DNA of 63,955 bases, the filler included, from Perkinsus olseni (taxonomy: Eukaryota): assembly GCA_013115125.1 (NCBI GenBank). It is 3 parts of 3 records of this genome, joined end to end, with 100 filler letters (N's around TTAATTAATTAA, not from the genome) between each part and the next. Parts side by side here need not be neighbours in the genome. Positions count along the whole stretch, not along the records: positions 1 to 22,869 come from JABANN010000528.1; 2 more parts are not named here. One strand, written 5' to 3'. The notes under the pieces were generated by a model. That model saw only the letters and a list, made by a program, of their open reading frames with translations, made no database searches and was not told the DNA's origin. A program made the translations under genes and the position numbers. Positions 1 to 11,591 of this stretch are shown here, piece after piece (positions within the stretch are counted from its first letter, which is position 1; each line of letters begins with the position of its first letter).

Positions 1-110
1 CTTTATTAAATTGCTTTGGGGTTTTACTAATTTGGCCTGGGCTTTATTAAATTGCTCTGGGGATTTACTAATTCGGTCTGGGGTTTTACTAAGTAGGTCT
101 GGAAATGGTG
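1..110. mobile_element. Terminus of a TA-flanked TIR (foldback-like) DNA element with 20-21 bp subterminal tandem repeats
   Basis: About five units like (C/T)TTTA(C/T)TAA(A/T)TTG(C/G)NYTGGG end in ...AGTAGGTCTGGAAATGGTG followed by TA at 111-112. 77-112 is the exact reverse complement of 22797-22832. Confidence 0.65.
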
Positions 111-701
111 TAGAGAAAAAAAATCTTCCTCTGGGGGAGCAAGTTTCCAGGAACACCACGAGGAGGTCCCCGACCACGTTCCCACATTAGTAAATTACTA
201 CCCGTTCGTCCTTGAACTTGCCCCATGACTGGACCTACATTCCCGTGTGCCTTAAGCGCAAGAAAGGCGAGCAACGTTAGGCAACGAAGTGTACTTCCAA
301 GCACACGTGCTTTCCAAAACACTGATGAATGTGTCTCGCGCGGTCTGGAACATCTTTCATAATCGATGTGTCATATCGTTACGCCGTTCATCCGAATTTT
401 GTAGCTCCAGATTAAGTGCGGACGAGCAACTCAGTAAGTTAACATGTTACATCGTGCTGTCACCAACCCGGATTCAATTCCCTCAATCGCCTTCTTAACG
501 ACGATTCCCGCGTTTCACAATGACGACCGAGTAACGATCTCCCACAACACAAGTTCTCAGTGGAGGAGTCAGAGCAGAAAACGAGGATGAGAAAAGCGTA
601 CATCATACTATCTAATGCGGCTACTGTCTAACTACAGTAACCATCATCAGCAATAACATAATCGACTACTACGTTAACATCATCATCGTCATCATCAACT
701 A

Positions 702-3700
702 TCATCTCCTGGCTGCCTGCCGCTGATAATACGCCATATCGTGGCCGGCAGGCCGATCGTAAACCATGTGACCGGAGGGAGTAGCATCACTCGGTCGTCG
801 CTGTTTTGATGGGAATGATCGAGGCCGAGGAGGATGGTGACTGGAAGAGTTTCCAACGCGAGGCTGCGACCTCTGCAGTTGAGGTTTCCTCTGGGGCAGC
901 GGTACGGGAGGGGGCCTGAAGCTAACTGCGTCGAAGCCTTCTCAGGGTGCTGCTAGCTCACCGTTCGTCGATGATGCTCGGTTCGGGAGCAGCTCCTGAG
1001 CGTGGCCGTAGGAGCACCGCGGGCCTGTCAGCTGTGCTAATTTCCTGAGGTTGATGCGACCCAGTCTGAACGAGCTGAGGATAGGCGGAATTGAACGCTA
1101 TGAAAGTGGCAGGCGGAAGCTCACCGGTTTGAGATTATCCTGGCGAGCATCGCGGCTTCTGGAAGCCGGCCGCCGCCAGTCTCTCACCGGAGGGAGCGTA
1201 GACTCGCTTCGACCGCTGGTAGCACCGTAGACCGCGAACGTGCCAGCCTCCTCCTTCATCATGTACCGCGAGCTCTGTTGGTTACCACTAGGTAGGCTCT
1301 CTTGTGATACCCCTGGGGAGGTCAACAGCGGCTTCCGCTTATCTCGTACCATTTCCCGTGGCTCGGGGGCCGGTAAAGCCGACGCCTGAGAATCTTAGGT
1401 CGATGCATGAACACAGCAGAATCTTACTTCATCCTTCTCCTCCCAAGAGTCCTTTGGAACTTCATACCTCGTCCACTCTTCAGCAGCGCTGGCTCGGTAG
1501 GTTGATCGCCACCCCGGGGACTCGCTCCCGGCTTCTTCCCGATTCCAAGCATCGACCCACTTCTCGCCCGGCTCAGGCCGGTCCGACGCCTCCCACTCAG
1601 CCTTATCCCATGCTTCCCAGCTTTCCTCCCATCCCTCCGACCACCGCCTGGACTTCTCGCTAGCCCGACCCTCTCTGCTGCTGCTGTAATCCTCCCAACT
1701 CTCCCGTTTCACCTTGGCACCACTCCCTTTTCGGGAGTCGAACACTTGTATGTCCATAGAAGCTGCAAGGCCCTGCGCGTTCGCGCGAGGCGTAGCCTCC
1801 AAGGGCTGCTGACTGACAACGGAGCTCCGAGCCTTCTTAGTCGGTGGCCGAGCATCGTAGGTCGACGGTCCGCGAGATACCTGAGCGTCCATGAACCGAG
1901 GTGGGCATCGAAGGCCCCACACTCACCCTCGAAGCCTCCGCCCGTTCTGCTGGCTCATCTGGCGGCAATTGCTGCTCCTGCTGGGGCCGGAGCGGTGCTG
2001 CTGCTGCTGGTTCATCCTCCGCTGACTTCCTTTTTTTCTCCTCCCCCGCTGTACCATCTGTCCAGCCACCCTCCGCCAGTTCTCCGGCCGGCCGACTGCC
2101 TGGCTCAGTTCCGGCATTTCCCCCGATCATTTCCTTCACTTGCCCGGGCTTGTGCGTTACCACCGTTATGACCTCTTGCTTGCCGTTGCGGTTACGGCCA
2201 CCCCTCCGACCCCGGTGGCCAGAAGACCTACGCAGCTCTTGTACGCTCCTGTCAGGTTGCGCGGGACGTGACGGGGTGTGTTGGGCTTGAGGGGGCCCAT
2301 CCGCCGCTGTGCCCTCGGGGACGTCTCCAACTTTCGCGTCCTCGACGTTTTCTTTCTCTGCCTGGTCCGGAAAAGCCGGTGCAATCCATCTGAAGAACGC
2401 AGGCTATCATCTCGAGACGACCTCGAACATTCTCTCATCACTTCCTCTTTTGAGAGCCTTGAGAGGCGGCTTGCTGCACTGCTGCAGCGGCTACGGCGGG
2501 AGTGGAACCTTCCGAGGCCGCGGTTGACGATAGTGTTGGTGATGGCCCCGAGGACGCCAACGCCTGTCGCCTCGCCGCTTGCCTTGCCGCTTCAGCCTGA
2601 ATAACACCAATACATGCTCTCGAAGCAGCGAATGCGGCTGACCTCCCTGTCGACTTCCAACTGCTGCTGGACCTTTAGTTTCGCTTGCGCATCGGCCACT
2701 TCCTGCTTCGTCTTCAACCACGAGGACGTGAACGCGACCTGTCTTGCACGGGTGTTGGGCGTAAAGCGGCACAGTACCCCTCGTCACCTTAACCACCACC
2801 TCCTTCTCTGTGTCCACTACCATGCTTCTTATAACCAGCTTACCGGAGTTGTCGATCCAGCCAGCGTCGATCAGCTTGGCAGGGTCGGACTGGAGATCCA
2901 AGAGCCCCGACCAGCCCCTGCATGCGGCACAAAATAACAACAAGACAAGGCCCGGACGCGATGGTAGTACAGGGTAGGCTGGTCCTTGCTGAAAACTCCC
3001 GGGCCGTATCGAATTATAGAAGTACTCGGCGACCTGACAGAGCGTCATCAACAGCGGCTTGGCCAGACACGTGCGGTACTTGTAGTTAGGTATCCATAAC
3101 ATGACCTGCTTATTCAGGGACTGGGCTGCCCAGGGGTAAGCGGCACCTGATCGCGGTGGTACTCTCCGTAGGGGAAAGCTGGCTGCTGCTACTACCAACA
3201 AAAGGACTTTGGGGCTTGGGTTCATTTTCGACAACAACATTAACAGCAAGCCAGCTATCCGTGGGCTTCCTCTGGGACGCGGGGAGGTCTCTAAGTTGAT
3301 ACCTACCAACCGTCGCGCAATAATGCTGATCGGCCGACTTCAAGCGATCATTACCCTCGCGGGAATATCTGCATGCGATGTCTGCAGGTGTGCTCGGGAG
3401 ACGACTGCCACCGACTCGACAACACCGTCGACCGAAGAGGGAACCGTGCCCGTTTGTCAGTCCACATCTCCAGTACCTGACGCCTCTAGCTGTTGACAGG
3501 ATAAGAGCTACAGCAAAGGCCTACAAACTCGGCCTCGCCCGGCCGCAGGGGAGGCAACACGGAAGCCATGAGCTCCGAATACTTGGGGCCGGTGCTGTTG
3601 GCAGCAGCCGTCTTGCGCGTATCGCTGATGGCGATGCCAGATTGAACGACCGCCGGCGTCACCACGCCCACGTGCGACCGGGGTGGAGGAGGGGCTGAGG

Positions 3701-5072
3701 GCCAGAATGGAATTGGGGACTCAGCAGGAAAAGAACTCACTAGAATTGGTGGAACTTGCCGGCGGAGCGGCAGCTGTCTGCCAAGCTGTTTTCGGCATCG
3801 GTCGGACGGGCGTTCGATTCCCGTGTCCAACGACCGTAGCTGCTGGGGGCACCGACGGCGTCGTCCCTGCACAGGGCACTGCCATCTACTTTCCCAACTC
3901 CCCCTCACTACCTGAACTCTGCACGACTGCTGTGACCTGGGGCATGGTTCGCTCGGGCAGCACCGCAGGCCTGGGCGGAGGGGTGACTCTCTGCGCTGGC
4001 TGAGGGGCCACTGGGTTCGCACTGAAAAGTGAGAGTACGATCGGCCTAGCTCGGAGCTCTTACTTACCGTGGGGTAACTTGGGTTGGGAGGTCAGACGTG
4101 GTTGCCGCTCCTGTGCCACCCTTTCCCATTCTTTGACGTTGATCATACCGACTACCCGACCGAGCCACCCCTAGCCCCGGACGACTCAACCCCTGCTTAG
4201 GTCGTGGCGTACTCTGGACTGCTGTCGCACCGGCGGGAGGGTTAGCGACCGTTAAAGGCTTCGGCGGTGTCTGGGCCTGCTGTATGGCGCTCGTCTGCTG
4301 CTGCTGTTGTTGAGGCACCGAATACCGCGGAGCATGACTAGGGGCTATCTGCTGCGGCTGCGGTTGCGGATAGGGTCGCCCTTGGATATGCTGCTGCCAC
4401 TGGTGAGAGGCCGAGGGACCTCCTTTCCCTGCCGATCCGCCCTGCATTGCGGCTCCTCCTGCTGGTGCTGGCGGTGTCGTCGATTGCGGCATAGAAGAAA
4501 GTGGTGGGCCAGGAGCGGTAGTAGGCTGGGTGATACTCGAGGGCTGTTGCTGTTGCTGCTGAGCCTGTGGGTACCCCTGATGGGTCGGTACACCGTTATA
4601 GTATCCCTGAGGGATCTGGGATGGCTGCACAGAGGGTCGGGGAAGCGCGGTTGCAGAGGCGTAATAGTGATTATACCGGGCATAGTAGGGACCATACGGC
4701 GACCCACCACCACTCTGCTGCTGGTCGTTGAACCCCTGCTGCTGCTGCTGCTGTTGAGGGTAGAACTGAAAAGGGTAATAGCGATCCTAAGGAGCATACT
4801 ACTACCACAACTACCTGCCGGGCACCAGCCCACTGAGGGTAGCCCACGGGAGTTCCACCGGCCATAGCTGCCGCTGCAGCCGCAGCTGCCACTGCCTGGT
4901 AGTGTTGCTGCTGAGACGTCTCGGCGTCCATCCCAGCAGTATTGGGCGTGGCAACAAGGGAGTACTGTGGAGCGGCGGAAGCCACTACTCCTTGCATGAA
5001 GGGGTTCGGCAGCGGCGGCTGCGGCGCTGCAGTACTGTTGCTGTTGTTGTTGCCGCTACCATAATAAGACAT
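702..5072 (-). CDS. Multi-exon protein: Q/P/A-rich low-complexity N-terminus, central MATH/TRAF-like domain, charged low-complexity C-terminus
   Basis: Exons joined at GT-AG sites from MSYYGSGNNN (5072). About 3476-2803 gives ...HRMQIFPR...SWLAVNV...GWSGLLDL...LIDAGWIDNSGKLVIRSMV, which fits the MATH pattern. Probable TGA at 702-704. Confidence 0.55.
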
Positions 5073-6257
5073 TCACAAGACAGTCGAAGCAGGAGAGGGC
5101 AGCTTGTCGAAGAGTCAATAAACTGATCATGATCCGGATGATGCTGTCGCGATTATCGCACCTAGAAGCCCTCTAACAGCAACTCAACTACAAGCACAAC
5201 AAGGTAGGAAAGCGGTAATGACACTTCCAAGATGAGGCCACGTCATGACTCATGAGTGGCGATAAGAGGGCAGCCTTCAGCGGCAGACTGTCCGTAAAGC
5301 AGGGCCGTAAAAGTGCTAACAGGAATCGAACGCCTTTGAATCTGGATCTATAGTGAAACCAGGACGACGTAGTTGATAGTTTCGGCCCATAATGATACCC
5401 ATACCATCGTTACTGCTGGTAACAGTACACATCTTGTTGAGTTCAAGACACTGACAAGGGTACGGGGAGGCGGCGCCAGCGGCGGGGTGTGTGAAGGACG
5501 ACCATAAAAAGAGCAACAAAGCAATATAGTCGTCTGCACGAAGCCTGTATCTTCCCTTTAATGAGAGTTTAAGATGGAATGGTACGATAGAGGGACGATA
5601 GGCAACAGAGTCAGGTAGTGAATGCTCGTGCAAACGAGAAGGGCCACAAGCCCAGAGGGAAACCAGACATCCGCTATAAGTCTGGTGCAGTTGTCGTGAC
5701 AGGCAACAATGATGGGAAAGATGGAGAAGAGGCTGCTGCACAGGTGGAGGTTGGCAGCAGAAGTTGGACAAGGGTTACAGCGGCTTGCAGCTTGACTACA
5801 ACGATAATAATTGAAATGATAATAGGAAGCGGGCAAGGGCTCGCGGAGAGGGGAGAGCGGAGGCCCGGAACAATAATTTCGGTGGAGAAAGAGGGGCTGT
5901 CGACCCCGTCAAGGAGCATCACAATGAGGAGACGAACATCGAACTCAACGGACTTCACCCAGAAAAGCACGCCACGCTTGGTTGCCACCTAAGGAGATCA
6001 GCGGCATGGGAAATATGAGAACCCTTTCCGTTGAAGCTTACTAACCTGTCTGTTATCCGGTAGTGATGAGAAAATATAACCACCAGTCAGAACGTGGCAA
6101 TAGCAGCAGCGCCGGCGGCAGCAGCAGCAGCAGCCCTTCACTCCCTCGAAGGGGGGCTGAGCAGCAGCACTACGATGAAGTGGGTGTATGGTCTCCGTCG
6201 TTGCACGACGAGAGCCACAAGGAATTGCGATAGGCCCCAGAGCCCGAGGAGCCCTGT

Positions 6258-7730
6258 CTATGGGGCGGACAGGCCAATGACTGAAGGGCTTTCCGTCCAC
6301 CAATAAGCTTCTTCGAACGATTTGGGTCGGGTCTGAGCAGAAGTGATGATGAGGATCCTCCAAGAAGGTGCGATAAGTACCTCGGAAACGCCTGTTGTAT
6401 GCCATTTGCGAAGATGGCGGGAAGGGCGAGCTCCATTAAAGTCGAGCCAACCTGGATGACGCATGTGAGAGTGGATGATGCTCGGAGCAAAGCAATACAG
6501 TATCGAAAGCATTCTGAGCAGCCCATATCGGGCTCTTGAGCAGCCTGCTGATATTAGCGTCGAATCCCTGTACTCGGGCAAAGGTAGCCGTACAGGCCTG
6601 ACGCACAGCAAGGGGTGATCGGTGCGCTGAGGGATACGCGAGGCTACCAGTTGTTGAAGTCCCGGGCATACTAGATAAGTACCGTGAAAGGCGGTATAGA
6701 AATCTTGGACGAAAGTCGGAGCTGTCATGTTGACGAAAGCGTAACCGAAGTTACTGGTTGAACGGAAGTCCATGGGCAATTAGACGAAATCGAAAGATCC
6801 GACCGGCAGACGATTCTGAAGCTCCACAACGAGGCCGTCACGATCGTATCTAAAGCACGCGTCAACCTAAGATTCCACTGATGCCGCTGCTACTACTTGT
6901 AGGGGATATTCCTCAACATTAGTGTGGTTCTGTTATCGATATTGCAGCAAGCACCATCGTGACACTGGTAAGCCAGAGAAGAGAGATTGACGGTGCTTGC
7001 AGAATAGGGCGTATGATGAGAAGGCCGTGTCTCGATACGGCAATTCGGCCAGAAATCTCCGTACTGGAAAAAAGACAATTCACGTCCCATCAAGGGCAGG
7101 CAAGCACCTTGGGGGTTGGGTTCACCTCCAAGCCCACCCGGGCTTGGAGCGACTGCCGCCCTGAAGCTCGGGGTAGCTGAAACGAGGGGGCCTCGATGAC
7201 GCAAAGGAATCATAGAGCTGGGACGGTTAGCCAAAGCAAGCCTGCATAATGAGGACATTCGTAAAAAGCAACGAATCTTGAATCTGCGAAGTGCGTGAAC
7301 GCTTACCTAACCGAGCCATTCGACTCGGGAAGAGATTCGGGGACGGCCCGAGACTCGTCATTGGAAGTGTGAAGCGGCGGAACCTTGGACCGTGATGATA
7401 GTAGCTGATGAGAGCATACCACCACTGCCGACAGAAAGCACGATCTACCTCAAGCTCAGCATGATCTTCAACCAGAATTGGAGTACTTGTCCAGCTAGCA
7501 TCAGTAGCCGTCAGGTACTGCAAAGGGGGGCTCTGCAGCAGAGGCGATGATGACCATGACAGGCTCTTGACAGCGTGGTGAAGATGGCGCAAGGCCTCAT
7601 CGTCGGCAACATCAGAGTAGAGCGAGAAGGCGGCGAGGCTCTCCTCGATGGGACCATGCTGCTGTTCTTCCGAAGGAGCATCACAGAGAGCCATCGAGCG
7701 GCAGTAACGACAATTACTTCGTACTGGCAA
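6258..7730 (-). pseudogene. Mei2-like RRM (RRM_2) paralog with a premature TAA; ends approximate
   Basis: RTTLMLRNIPYK|YDRDGLV..LPVGSFDFV*LPMDFRSTSNFGYAFVN..ACTATFARVQG. The TAA at 6780-6782 replaces the conserved Tyr. Confidence 0.7.
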
Positions 7731-8760
7731 GAAGTGGTCATGAATTGATCAACTACTAGTACGCCGAACTGAGGAGGATAAGGTGGAAATTGTGTGATAA
7801 CATCTATTGTGTAAGTATAGCAACTTTAACGGTCAGAAGGGATGATGAGCTAACAGTAGCAGCAGGGGGAGGAGGACGATAGACAGACCACAGAGGAGAT
7901 GACAAGAATACAACAACAACAACTGCCAAGCACACAAGGGACCGTATTCGTCATCATCATCATGTGGCTCCGGGCATAGCTGATATCATCATTACCGAGG
8001 GCTCTTTAGAAGTAACCACCGGTACGAGCAGGGACGAGCCATCCAACAACAATCATGGTGCTGCTCTGACTGAGATAGACGGTCGCCAGTACGTTGAAGA
8101 TACCCAGTAGCGTCATGAAGCCAGCACTTGAACGGTGTAAGCTTGAACCTCGGCCGCCTTGGGAGCAGACGGCGGTCCACATCGGTGCTCCGAAGACCGG
8201 AAAATATTATTGAATACAAAATGCTATCATCATTCTTAGCAAGAGACCTCACCATGGAAACCAGTGTACCGCGGTCTATGCTTCTTCGGTATCAAGAAAG
8301 ATGAGAAAACATCCACTGCTCGCCGCGATAGACAGGACTTGATGGCGAGGCAAATAACAAATATAGGTTCGACGGATAATCGACAGCGTGATGATTATCA
8401 TCATCGTTATGGGTGACAACGCTGCTACAGCTAGCGACAGAAGAGGCCACAGACGAGGCACGACGGCAGGGACGATGGCGGTGAGGGTTCAAATCGCCTT
8501 CGTTAGAGCGAGGAGAGTGGTGGTGCGAAGAATGGATACAGTATGAAATAGAATGGCGTCATCAACTACTACCAAACAGATAGGTTCTCGGAATACTGAC
8601 AAAGATGGTACAGAAAAGGAAGGACGACTACGAGGAGAAGGAGGAGGCATTTGACAACAGCAACAACAACAACAACAACAACTGCCACTATAATCATCGA
8701 AGCTTGTAGGCTTTCGAAGTGACGATAGAACATCACCGGAAATGCGTGGGCTCGACCTCC

Positions 8761-10263
8761 CTACTCGAGGCTGAGCATATTCAGCGAGTCCAATACCAAA
8801 CGATCCGTATCACATGGCTGCCAGTCGGGGCTTTGGAGCATATTAGTGTGATGGTCTCCTTGCTCTTCCTCGACCAGCCTCGCCGATGTCCCAGTCATAG
8901 TCGACATACCGTTGTACTGCCCACCATTGGCTCCGAAAAGCAGGGTAGGAGCAGATACAAAACTGCTATTGTCTTCAAGAGGCATCGTGTCCCACAGCAA
9001 GGACTCCAACCCAGGCCCGCTCGGAACGCTCGATATAGTGGGAACCCAGGTGTCATTGGTCCCTCCACTGGATGGTGACACCTGTGGCGCTGGTCCAGCG
9101 GCCATCGGCGGCAGCTGGGAATCCTCGGCAATGGTTGTGGGTTGCTTGAGATGATGCTGTTGGCGTTTCCCTGCCCGAAGCTGCATCTGCCTTTCCCTTC
9201 TCATCTGTGCCAGTCTCTTGAATGGGATCTGCTCGTTGTGATCACCAAAAACTAACGGAAGTGCATCGTCATCATCCTCAGGAGTGCAGTCCAGAATAGG
9301 AGAGTTTATCAGCCGATTGACGTTAGCTTGAAGCCCCTGTACCCGAGCGTAGACCACCTCACAAACTTTACTACTCTTCACTCCGGGCAGTCTAGAATTC
9401 TTGAAGGCGTTGAAGAACATCCGAGTGTACTTCGGGTCAGTGACGTTGACAAAGGCGTAACCGAAATTACACCGCGAGCGGAAGTCAATTGGCATATAGA
9501 CGAAGTCAAAAGATCCCACTGGCATGCGGGCCATAACCTCGTTAACCAAAAGCTGCCGAGAATACTTGTTGGGGATGTTCTTCAGCATAAGAGTCGTCCG
9601 AGGGTCCGAGGAATCCATAGTAATCGCATTAGAAACATTGGGCTGAGACCTCCTTCTTTGCCGAGCACTCGATGATGCCAGCCCGGGTTTATGACTGGCT
9701 GTGATGCCTCTCACAGGTCGACTAACGTTCACGGGTTGGTGAGGGGGCGGTACCGCAGCAGTGTAGGAGTGGTTCGCCGATGGCATAGCGTAAGAGGGAT
9801 TGGGCGGGCTCTGTCCATCTGTCGAAGGGGCCATGACGCTGATAGGTGCGAACGGCTCTGCTTCGATGTTGCTCATAGGAGGGGTGTTCATAGGGGAACT
9901 CAGCGGCGGCCGTCCACTCGCTGCTCCACTGTTACTACCGTCTGAGAACACGTCAACGACGACCTCGTAAACGACTAATTTCGTGGCGCGCGAAATCCAT
10001 GGTAGTACCTCTGCTATTGGGAGCTGTCGAGCCTGCTGGGACGTGGCTCTTGTCCGAAGCACTTTGTCTTTTTGCCACTATTTCCTCCGCCAACTTCCAT
10101 ATGTCTTCCAAGCTCTGTCCCGAGGACCGAATCTCAGGATTGGCCAGCAACATGGCTGCAGTCTGACGAGCAGAACGCGATGACGTACCACTCCAAACGG
10201 TACTCCTCCTACCTCTACGACCGGTCCATTAGGCGACTCCACTGGAAGGTCGTTTACTGGCAT
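8761..10263 (-). CDS. Mei2-like RNA-binding protein (C-terminal RRM3/RRM_2 domain)
   Basis: RTTLMLKNIPNKYS...FDFVYMPIDFRSRCNFGYAFVN...VCEVVYARVQG in a large exon. Two short upstream exons start at MPVNDL (10263), with a 50-nt intron at 10212-10163. Confidence 0.9.
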
Positions 10264-10787
10264 TTTACACGAGAACAGATACACTGCGAACCGCATCCCT
10301 ACTACCATTGCCTCCCGAGTATTTCTCAGTACAGTGACTATTGTAGACCATTCGGATGAAGATAATGCTTCGAGGCTAGATAACCACTCCGAGAATAGGG
10401 GCCTTAACCACAGGTTCCATCCCACAGGTTCAAGGCGTGTGTGCTACGACCTGCCGACACCGCAATGATGTAATTAGCGTGCGCCCGATCGATCGATACT
10501 CCAGCGCAAGATCCACGTCCGAAGTCCGAAAGGTAATGGTGTTCTTTGTGATGACAGTTTTCGATTTTGACGGAATCTTGAGCCAACGTCGGGCTGTGAT
10601 TGGTGAATGAGCGGTGATCCCTATGCGGACCTCATCACTGAAAGAGGAGATATCTGGCTGGGCAGGGAGGACTGCGGCCAACTGGTAGTACATGCTCGAG
10701 TCTGGCCCCCTTTCAGAATGAGTTTATCTGGAAAGTTTTCAGAGAGAATACGTAGGAAATATCAGATTCATGAAAATTAAACAAACG

Positions 10788-10861
10788 AAACTTACCAGAA
10801 AACTCTAATTGCCGTTAAAACTTACCAGAAAACTCTAATCGCCGTCAAAGCTTACCAGAAA
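10788..10861 (+). repeat. 30-bp tandem repeat, about 2.5 copies
   Basis: AAACTTACCAGAAAACTCTAATTGCCGTTA / AAACTTACCAGAAAACTCTAATCGCCGTCA / AAGCTTACCAGAAA. Confidence 0.9.
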
Positions 10862-11058
10862 TACGCAAGCGTCAAATGTAAGTTTTGCATACAACATCTG
10901 AAATTGATTTTCACGTTCGATGCGGTTCATGAACCGATCCTGAATGTCAGAATAAGTTTATCAAACGCTCCTTGGCAGTTCGAATGAGCTATTACTCGCT
11001 GGTGCCTGCTTCACTCCTAGGGGAGTCCCTCCCGTCAAGGACCTGCGCTAGGATACGC

Positions 11059-11099
11059 CTTGCAACTTGCAAGTTGCTTGCTTGCTTGCAAGTTGCAAG
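11059..11099. repeat. Perfect 15-bp inverted repeat with a (TTGC)n loop
   Basis: CTTGCAACTTGCAAG-ttgcttgcttg-CTTGCAAGTTGCAAG. Confidence 0.9.
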
Positions 11100-11591
11100 C
11101 ACCAATTTTGAATCTGGGGCGACCTTGGCAGCCTGGCCCACGCTGTGTTAGGCGATGGAGGCATGGTTTTCCGGGTGATTCAGAGCGCTCCGCGCTGTTG
11201 AGGGAAAGTCCGGCGTGTTTCTTGTAAATGTTCGAAACCGCGATGAGGTGTCATGATGGGCCCAGCGGGGGACTGCGCCAAGCGCTTTCGTCCGACCACA
11301 GGGACAAACTGAGACCAGCCACGTATAACTAAATTGTATACACTTCTAGCGGAAATCGGTCAAATTTTGGAGCAGCTTCAGTCGTCATAATTGGTCTCTT
11401 TCCTGGTGTTTCGCCGACCTCGCTGTCGCTTGGAGTCCGCGTGCGCGCGATCATTTTTAGCAAAGAGCATCCTCACGCGGCTCTCGATGGTCTGGTAGAA
11501 AAGATCGAGACGATCGAGGCGTCGTGATGGGCTTAGAGGGCTGCACATCATTTCGTTATCTTTGGGAGTTGCGCTTGAGGTGGCATGGTAG

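Noticed and set aside
2491-3309. Long single-exon ORFs such as 2491-3309, 27384-28121, 28327-28908, 40513-41322 and 42887-43693
   Set aside because: Read-through of introns or antisense shadows of the spliced genes.
6780-6782. TAA reassigned to Tyr
   Set aside because: A single instance. No other conserved gene here shows an in-frame TAA.
8654-8683. (CAA)n and (CAG)n microsatellites around 4300-8700
   Set aside because: Ordinary low-complexity coding or UTR tracts.
10788-10861. CRISPR-like repeat
   Set aside because: Head-to-tail units without unique spacers, no cas genes, and a eukaryotic context.
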